Notes under the pieces: generated by a model
What the model saw: only the letters and a program-made list of their open reading frames with translations
The model's database searches: none
What the model was told of the DNA's origin: nothing
In this document: piece after piece, positions 57,613 through 64,000 of the stretch
Position numbering within the stretch: the stretch's first letter is position 1
Layout of the letters: each line of letters begins with the position of its first letter
NCBI GenBank assembly: GCA_034723595.1
Contig: JAYEPB010000078.1
Coordinates: forward strand, 9,592 to 73,591
Direction of reading: 5' to 3'
DNA: 64,000 nt
Source of the DNA: Nanobdellota archaeon
Lineage (GTDB): Archaea; Nanobdellota; Nanobdellia; Woesearchaeales; JAGLGH01
Program-made: the position numbers and the translations under genes

Positions 57613-59110
57613 AGTAATCATATTTGATACTACTTTAAGAGATGGGGAACAGGCATCAGGATTTCATTTATATCCTGAAGAAAAACTTGCGATAGCAAAA
57701 CAATTAGCAAGATTAAGAGTTGATGTTATTGAAGCAGGCTTTGCAGCTTCATCTGATGGCGATCTTAAAGCGATATATAATATTGCAGAAGAAGTTGGTG
57801 GAAAAGATGGACCTGTAATATGTTCCCTTGCTAGGGCAAATGAAGGAGATATAGAATTAGCTGCAAGGGCATTAAGTCCAGCCTACAATAGCAGAATACA
57901 TACTTTTATTGCGACAAGTGACATACATGTTGGCAACAAGTATCACAAAAATAAAGATTGGATAATAGAACAAACAGTTAAGGCAGTTGAAAAAGCAAGA
58001 AACTATACAGATGATGTAGAGTTCTCATGTGAGGACTTTGGAAGATCTGATAAAGATTATATAGTGCAAGTTGTATCTGAAGCAATAAATGCTGGAGCAA
58101 CAACAATAAATCTTCCTGATACCATAGGATGGCTAATGCCAGATGATTGTTGTGAGAAAGTAGATTATGTAATAACTGCAGTGAGGGAAAAAGGTCTTGA
58201 TGCGATTTTTTCTGTGCATAATCATAATGATCAGGGCATGGCAACAGCAGTAACAATCGCAGGAATAAAAGCAGGAGCAAGACAGGCAGAGGTAACTATT
58301 AATGGGATTGGCGAAAGGGCAGGCAATACTGCATTAGAAGAGATTGTTGCAATACTTAAAACAAGAAAAATAGCTTATTGCAATATTGATTCAAAACTGA
58401 TTGGTCCCACAAGCAGGTTGGTAAGCAAGTATACAGGGGTAGAGCCCCAGCCTAATAAAGCAATAGTAGGGAGTAATGCATTTGCTCATGAGGCAGGAAT
58501 ACATCAGGATGGGATGGAAAAAGATGCAAGGACTTATGAGATAATGGATCCGTGTGACTATGGTGTTGAAAGTATCATAACATTTGGTCCCAGGTCTGGA
58601 AGGCGAGCTCTGAAAGCAAAGCATGAGGAATTGGGCATAAAATTAAGTGATAATGATTTTCAGATAGCTGCGCAAAGGTTTACAGATATAGCAGATAAAT
58701 TAAAATATTCAGATGATGCAGATGTAGTGAGGGCAATAAAGGGTGAAGAGATTCCTAAGTATTATGAACTTGTAAGCTATACTCCTGCAGTTAGCAAGGG
58801 TTATTCTATGGATCTTAGATTAAAGATTGGCAATGGGGTTGAAACAGTGTGTTCTGCAGGCAATGGACAGATAGATGCAGGTATCAACGCTATCATGGAA
58901 TCAGTAAACCTTGATTGCGAATTTAAATATTTTGAAGCAAACTCAAAAGGGTCTGGATCAGATGCAATAGGTCATACTAAATTAGAGCTTACTAAAAATG
59001 GCTGGAGCGTAATAGGAAAAAGTGAAAATACAGATATGGTCACAAGCACACTTCAGGCATTTGTTGACGGGTGTAATCGGATTAAGTATATGGAGGATTA
59101 TTTTGATTAA
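57605..59110 (+). CDS. leuA: 2-isopropylmalate synthase
   Basis: FDTTLRDGEQ, IEAGF, HNHND.G, NGIGERAGN, PNKAIVG.NAFAHEAGIHQDG; C-terminal regulatory domain (GNGQIDA). Confidence 0.9.
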   Translation: MGRVIIFDTTLRDGEQASGFHLYPEEKLAIAKQLARLRVDVIEAGFAASSDGDLKAIYNIAEEVGGKDGPVICSLARANEGDIELAARALSPAYNSRIHTFIATSDIHVGNKYHKNKDWIIEQTVKAVEKARNYTDDVEFSCEDFGRSDKDYIVQVVSEAINAGATTINLPDTIGWLMPDDCCEKVDYVITAVREKGLDAIFSVHNHNDQGMATAVTIAGIKAGARQAEVTINGIGERAGNTALEEIVAILKTRKIAYCNIDSKLIGPTSRLVSKYTGVEPQPNKAIVGSNAFAHEAGIHQDGMEKDARTYEIMDPCDYGVESIITFGPRSGRRALKAKHEELGIKLSDNDFQIAAQRFTDIADKLKYSDDADVVRAIKGEEIPKYYELVSYTPAVSKGYSMDLRLKIGNGVETVCSAGNGQIDAGINAIMESVNLDCEFKYFEANSKGSGSDAIGHTKLELTKNGWSVIGKSENTDMVTSTLQAFVDGCNRIKYMEDYFD

Positions 59111-59154
59111 AAGTCTGCGTAGCCAACTACCTGGGGAACGAAGGTTTCCAAGTT

Positions 59155-60231
59155 TTATATTTTTGATTTAAGATTACTTTTTTTCAGTTCATCTTCAACA
59201 TTTTTATAAAATCCTTTTGGTATTGTCTTTCCCCTCTTAGGAGGGCAACCATAATTATATACCCCTCCATATTTCCTGCGATTAGTTGAGTTTTCCCAAA
59301 GGTTTTTTATTGATTGTTTTTTTAAATCTCCTATTATTGTTTTATCATCTCCTTCACATCTCAATGCCAGGCCAGTAGATGTCAAATAAAATCCATTTGA
59401 AAGCAAAGTGCATATATGGGTGCCTGGATATGATGAGATTCCATCATAAATAATTCCTTTTTCTTTATTATATTTATAAATCTTTGAGACTAATTCTATT
59501 TTTTCTTTTTCAGAAACATCATCCTTGATTGAACCATCAGGGAGAAGTGACCTCCCAGCGCAGGCAAGAAAAGGAATTAATGGATATATATTACGCTCTC
59601 GAAAAAAAGTATAGATCTCAAACAGTCCACTAATAGTATATTTTGTTATTGGTGCGACAATTGCAAGATGGGTAGGATTATGATTCACAAATCCTTCTTT
59701 TATGAGAATTTCTAAAGCCAGATCTTTTTTTGCCTTTAAATTTTTACGACCTGTTGATTGTTCAACAATCTCTTCATAAAATGAATCATATCTAATCATC
59801 AAGCTAGTGTTGGTTTTTTTAAGTTTAGTTGCATTTAATCTATTTATTGTGTGACCCTGTGTAAAAACTACTGATTTTATTCCTTCATCCTGCAGCCAGT
59901 AAAGAAAATTAAATATGCCTTTATTTTCAAATGGTTCGCCTGCACCAAGCACTCTTACACTTTTCAGGCCCAATGGTTTAGCTTCTGAAACAACTTTCTT
60001 TATCTTATTTAAATCTAAATAAGTTTGAAATTTATCCAAAGCACCATCTTTTCTAAAACACATAGGACAGTTTAAGCTACAATCAGTTCCAAAATCTATA
60101 TCTAAATGAAGTAGGCGTCCTTTAGACCTTTTTACTTCATCCCTGGATAATGACCATCCATCAAGGTCATTAATAAAATCAAAAGGCACTTTGTTTGGAA
60201 ATTTTACAGGTAAATCTGGATATTGTTTCAT
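59155..60231 (-). CDS. Radical SAM protein with SPASM/twitch-like C-terminus
   Basis: CSLNCPMC, GAGEPF, C...G....C...IGDL..SIK.LW...GCP. Confidence 0.9.
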   Translation of the reverse strand: MKQYPDLPVKFPNKVPFDFINDLDGWSLSRDEVKRSKGRLLHLDIDFGTDCSLNCPMCFRKDGALDKFQTYLDLNKIKKVVSEAKPLGLKSVRVLGAGEPFENKGIFNFLYWLQDEGIKSVVFTQGHTINRLNATKLKKTNTSLMIRYDSFYEEIVEQSTGRKNLKAKKDLALEILIKEGFVNHNPTHLAIVAPITKYTISGLFEIYTFFRERNIYPLIPFLACAGRSLLPDGSIKDDVSEKEKIELVSKIYKYNKEKGIIYDGISSYPGTHICTLLSNGFYLTSTGLALRCEGDDKTIIGDLKKQSIKNLWENSTNRRKYGGVYNYGCPPKRGKTIPKGFYKNVEDELKKSNLKSKI

Positions 60232-60902
60232 ATTTTTCCCCCCTCAATAGCAAGCCATAAATCCCCAATTTCTACTAATTGATTATTTGTCAATCCAACT
60301 TTATTGTAAGTTTCTTTTAATTCTTCTCCTCCAAATCTATAGAATGTTCCTTTGTTAGTGACTGTTCTATTATTGCCAATATCATAAATTGTTATACCGA
60401 TTGTTGGATAGTATTTCTGGAGAAATTCTGTGGTATAATTTTCTTTATTCCAAGTAATTGTTCTGATTTGAGATCCTGGTTTAGTAATTCTTTTCGTTTC
60501 TTTTAGCAAGGATATTCTTTCATCTAATCCTATACTACCTATTAGATTAAATGTCGAATATGTAAGACTGAAATAATCGTCTGGAAATTTTGTATTCAAT
60601 GCATCTGCGTATTTGATATTAATATTCATGAACTCTGATGTTCTCTTTAATGCTTCTGTAAGCATTTTAGAGTCATCTTCAATACCAAAAAATTGAACTG
60701 ATGGAAATTTTCCTGCAAGATGATACAAAGGTCTTCCAATACCGCAGCCAATATCAATTACATTTGTGCATTCTCCATTTGCGCATTTTCCAATATTCTG
60801 TAATGCTTTTATTAAATAGTCTTTTTCTGCATCAAATGTTCTTTTTAGTTCAGGCAAAGGGTTTTGGATAGCTTCCATATAATTTTGGAAATAATTCTTC
60901 AT
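60228..60902 (-). CDS. Class I SAM-dependent methyltransferase
   Basis: VIDIGCGIGR, GIED, ADA..FPDD.F, RITKPG. Confidence 0.9.
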   Translation of the reverse strand: MKNYFQNYMEAIQNPLPELKRTFDAEKDYLIKALQNIGKCANGECTNVIDIGCGIGRPLYHLAGKFPSVQFFGIEDDSKMLTEALKRTSEFMNINIKYADALNTKFPDDYFSLTYSTFNLIGSIGLDERISLLKETKRITKPGSQIRTITWNKENYTTEFLQKYYPTIGITIYDIGNNRTVTNKGTFYRFGGEELKETYNKVGLTNNQLVEIGDLWLAIEGGKI

Positions 60903-60999
60903 GTGAAAGGGGTAATCTAATCAATTATGTTAAAATTTTTAATGAATTTTTGCACAAAATGGTAACATTTATATATCTCAAGAGATTTTTGTAACATAT

Positions 61000-61962
61000 A
61001 TGGCTCTGCTGGATGTTAAAGATAGAAAAATACTGTATGAACTTGACTTCAATTCAAGAAAAACATATTCTGAAATTGCAAAAAAGATCAGAATGAGCAA
61101 AAGAGGAGTAGAATATAAAATTAAAAATCTTGAGAAAAAACAAATAATTTTAGGTTATGCACCAATAATAAATATTTCAAAATTAGGTTATTTATACTGC
61201 AGAATTTTTGTTAAATTTCAGAATATTACAAAAGATAAGTTAAAGGAAATAGAACATTATATTATCACAAATAAAAAAATTGGTTGGTCAATCAAATATT
61301 ATGGAAAATATGACAATGGATTTACAATTTGGGCGAAAAATATCAGCGAATTTAAATCAATCGCAAATGAATTTTATTCCAGATTTAGTACATATATTAA
61401 AGAAAGAACTGAATCAATAGCTACAAATGTTTTCTTTTATAAAAATAGATATTTGTTAAAAGATGATTGTATGGATTATCTTGAGTTAATTGAAACAGAA
61501 GAGAAAAGAAATCTTGATAATCTTGACAAAAACATATTGATAGCTCTTTCAAAGAATCCTCGAATTTCACAAATAGAAATATCAAGAATCTTAAATGTAT
61601 CTATAAAGACAGTTTCAAGCAGATTAAAGAAATTGATAAAGGAAAATATTTTATTAGGTACAAGACCAACAATAAATCATGAACTCTTAGGATACACATA
61701 TTATAAAATTTTTATGAACTTAGTTAATTTTAATCCACAGAGAATAAAACAATTTGAATCATATATTGCTTCAAATCATCGGACAATATATATAATAAAA
61801 GCAATGGGGACCTGTGATTTAGATATAGAGATTATGGTTGAGTCAAATAAAGAATTAGTCCATTTTATTGAAGATTTACAGAATAAATTCCCAACTTTAA
61901 TAAAAGATTATCAAACAATGCTATTAACAGATACAGTAAAAATAACTTATTTGCCTTTTTGA
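61000..61962 (+). CDS. Tandem (double) Lrp/AsnC-family regulator
   Basis: LDVKDRKILYELDFNSR and LDNLDKNILIAL..NPR. Confidence 0.85.
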   Translation: MALLDVKDRKILYELDFNSRKTYSEIAKKIRMSKRGVEYKIKNLEKKQIILGYAPIINISKLGYLYCRIFVKFQNITKDKLKEIEHYIITNKKIGWSIKYYGKYDNGFTIWAKNISEFKSIANEFYSRFSTYIKERTESIATNVFFYKNRYLLKDDCMDYLELIETEEKRNLDNLDKNILIALSKNPRISQIEISRILNVSIKTVSSRLKKLIKENILLGTRPTINHELLGYTYYKIFMNLVNFNPQRIKQFESYIASNHRTIYIIKAMGTCDLDIEIMVESNKELVHFIEDLQNKFPTLIKDYQTMLLTDTVKITYLPF

Positions 61963-61992
61963 CAGGATATATTATCAATAATTTGATTTAAA

Positions 61993-63465
61993 ATGGCGTT
62001 ACTAACAAAATCTAAATACATTGCAGGTCTTCAGTGTCCAAAGCTATTATGGTTCTTGATTAATGATAAGGGCAAGGTTCCTGAGCCTTTAAGAGAGGCT
62101 CAATATAGGATGGATGTTGGGACAGAGGTAGGAGTTCTTGCTATAAAATTATTTCCTGGTGGGGTAAGCATTCCAACTAATGATTTTAAGGCAAACTTGA
62201 ATATTACGAAAGAGAATTTATCAAAAAATATGCCTCTTTTTGAGGCTGGAATCTTGGCTAATAATTGTTTTTCAAGAATTGATATACTAAAACCAAACAA
62301 AGATGGTTCTTTTGATATTATTGAGGTTAAATCTGGCACTAAAGTTAAAGAAGAGAATATCCATGATGTATCTTTTCAGAAATATTGTTGTGAGATGGCA
62401 GGATTAAAGATTGCCAGGTGTTCTTTATGTTTTATAAATAATCAGTATGTCAGAGAAAAGGAATTAAATATTAATGAATTATTCACAATTCAGGATATTA
62501 CTGCTGAAGTTGTTCAAGCGCAACAAGGTATTCAAGAACGAATTGATGAGTTCTTTAATATTATTAAATCTCCAAATTTACCTTCAGTTTCAATAGGAAG
62601 ACATTGTAATTCTCCTTATTCTTGTAATTTAATGGATGAATGTTGGGGATTCTTGCCAAAGAATAATGTCTTCACATTATATATGGGGGGAAAGAAAAGC
62701 ATTGAACTATTCAGTAAAGATATTCATAGTATTGCAGATATTCCTGATGATTTTAAACTAACAAATAATCAGGGGATTCAGAGGAAATGTGAACAAACAG
62801 GTGAGGTTCATATACAGCCTTTTGAGATTAAACAATTCCTGAACACTTTAATTTATCCACTTTATCATCTGGATTTTGAAACATTTTCACCTGCTATTCC
62901 AAGATATGATTATTCAAGACCTTATCAAAAAATACCTTTCCAGTTTTCACTGCATATTGAACAAGAAGATGGTTCAACAGAGCACATATCCTTTTTAGCT
63001 GAGGGTAAAGAAGACCCAAGACCTGCATTTTTAGCCAGATTAAAAGAGGTTATGGGAACACAAGGAAGTGTTGTAGTCTATAATCAAGCCTTTGAAAAAT
63101 GGGTGTTAAATACTCTGGCAAGAGACTTTCCAGAATACAAAGGTTGGGTAAATGAAATATTGCTAAGAGTAGCAGATCTTTTAATCCCTTTCAGAAGCTT
63201 TAATTATTATCATCCAAGCCAGCAGGGAAGCGCATCTCTTAAAAAAGTCCTTCCAGCACTTACAGGAGAAAGCTATGAAGGAATGGAAATCGCAGATGGA
63301 GGAGATGCAAGTCTGAGATATGAGGAAATAACCTTTGGTGATATAGCTGAAGAAGAAAGAGCAAAAGTTAGAGAAAATCTTGAGAAATATTGTGAACTTG
63401 ATACTTGGGCAGAAGTGGTTATTATAAGAAAATTAAAGGAAATTGTCGGAAATAGTAACATTTAA
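61993..63465 (+). CDS. DUF2779-family protein (Cas4-like PD-(D/E)XK nuclease plus RNase H-like domain)
   Basis: QCPK, RIDIL...IIEVKS, C...C....C; LDFET, PFQFSLH, YN..FE, SLKKVLP, YCELD. Confidence 0.8.
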   Translation: MALLTKSKYIAGLQCPKLLWFLINDKGKVPEPLREAQYRMDVGTEVGVLAIKLFPGGVSIPTNDFKANLNITKENLSKNMPLFEAGILANNCFSRIDILKPNKDGSFDIIEVKSGTKVKEENIHDVSFQKYCCEMAGLKIARCSLCFINNQYVREKELNINELFTIQDITAEVVQAQQGIQERIDEFFNIIKSPNLPSVSIGRHCNSPYSCNLMDECWGFLPKNNVFTLYMGGKKSIELFSKDIHSIADIPDDFKLTNNQGIQRKCEQTGEVHIQPFEIKQFLNTLIYPLYHLDFETFSPAIPRYDYSRPYQKIPFQFSLHIEQEDGSTEHISFLAEGKEDPRPAFLARLKEVMGTQGSVVVYNQAFEKWVLNTLARDFPEYKGWVNEILLRVADLLIPFRSFNYYHPSQQGSASLKKVLPALTGESYEGMEIADGGDASLRYEEITFGDIAEEERAKVRENLEKYCELDTWAEVVIIRKLKEIVGNSNI

Positions 63466-63773
63466 ATTCTCAGTTCTGATTTCAAATTTAGGATAAATAA
63501 CTTTTGAGGTAAAAAGTTAATCTCTTATTTGCGAATGAAAGTGAGACATAAGTGAGCCATAGGGTTTAATACCCAGACCATTATAGGTTGGGGGAATAGT
63601 TCATTTATTGCAGGGAAAATAACATAATTCCTTATATGGCATCATTTATTCCTGCTGGAAAAACTGCTGCTAGGACAGACAATAAAGTTAGCAGGAAAAT
63701 CTTGTTCTTTGAAGATAGAAAAAGTAGAATCTATTGCAAGAATTGATGTATGGCTATTTTTTTAAAGAAAAAA

Positions 63774-63892
63774 TAGCCCCGCTCGGAAATACGTGTGATG
63801 TCTGAGACTGAGTATTTTGCTCATACAAAACATTTCGAACCGAGGTCCCAGGACCCAAAATCCTAGATGATTGGCCACTACACTACGGGGCT
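63774..63892 (-). tRNA. tRNA-Gln (TTG) with a 46-nt intron at 59/60 (63788-63833)
   Basis: AGCCCCG/CGGGGCT acceptor stem (A1-U72); anticodon arm TAGGA-TTTTGGG-TCCTG; T-arm CTCGG-TTCGAA^T-CCGAG; 73 nt after splicing. Confidence 0.92.
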
Positions 63893-63920
63893 ATGTAAGT
63901 TAGTAGGAAGAAAGGATTAT

Positions 63921-64000
63921 TTATAAAGTTTTCCAAAACTTAAGAGCTTCTTCTTCAATAAAGTGAAGCTTGGCAGGGATGATTAGGCAGTGTAGAGGTT
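63921..64000 (-). CDS. dph5: 3' end of diphthine synthase (partial)
   Basis: Hand translation PLHCLIIPAKLHFIEEEALKFWKTL* matches the typical archaeal Dph5 C-terminus. Confidence 0.75.
   Translation of the reverse strand, partial: PLHCLIIPAKLHFIEEEALKFWKTL

Noticed and set aside
61993..63774. Integrated element at the tRNA-Gln 3' end
   Set aside because: No integrase and no duplicated tRNA 3' fragment noticed within the window
1..64000. CRISPR array or cas operon
   Set aside because: No regularly spaced repeats seen; the Cas4-like motifs at 61993 belong to a stand-alone DUF2779-type protein

Overview
AT-rich archaeal genomic window. The archaeal evidence is a tRNA with a bulge-helix-bulge intron, a dph5 3' end, TATA-type promoters, PEF-CTERM proteins, and TrmB/Lrp/KaiC genes. 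The gene content suggests a DPANN lineage such as Woesearchaeota; this is inference, not tested. Main observations: (1) a translationally coupled operon at 10212-16824 that looks like a ubiquitin-like conjugation system. It encodes a divergent Ubl ending GG-SMRYL, an E2-like protein (HP-x8-C), a tandem-ThiF E1 laid out like eukaryotic UBA1, a JAMM protease and a membrane-anchored coiled-coil protein. A GG-less Ubl paralogue sits behind a duplicated 138-bp promoter, with a zinc metalloprotease between the copies. (2) Two unannotated, apparently leaderless leader peptides that look like amino-acid sensors: Leu-rich before leuA, and Thr/Lys-rich before an aspartokinase lacking ACT domains. (3) A 71%-GC segment resembling a DGR variable repeat inside a PEF-CTERM surface protein. 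(4) A trimeric [FeFe]-hydrogenase with a minimal HydB. (5) tRNA-Gln(TTG) with a 46-nt T-loop intron. (6) A nucleotidyltransferase cassette flanked by a 137-bp duplication of a helicase 3' end. (7) An IS200/IS605 element plus orphan ends, tandem micro-pilins, and several unusual domain fusions. All functional calls come from reading motifs by eye; no searches were run.
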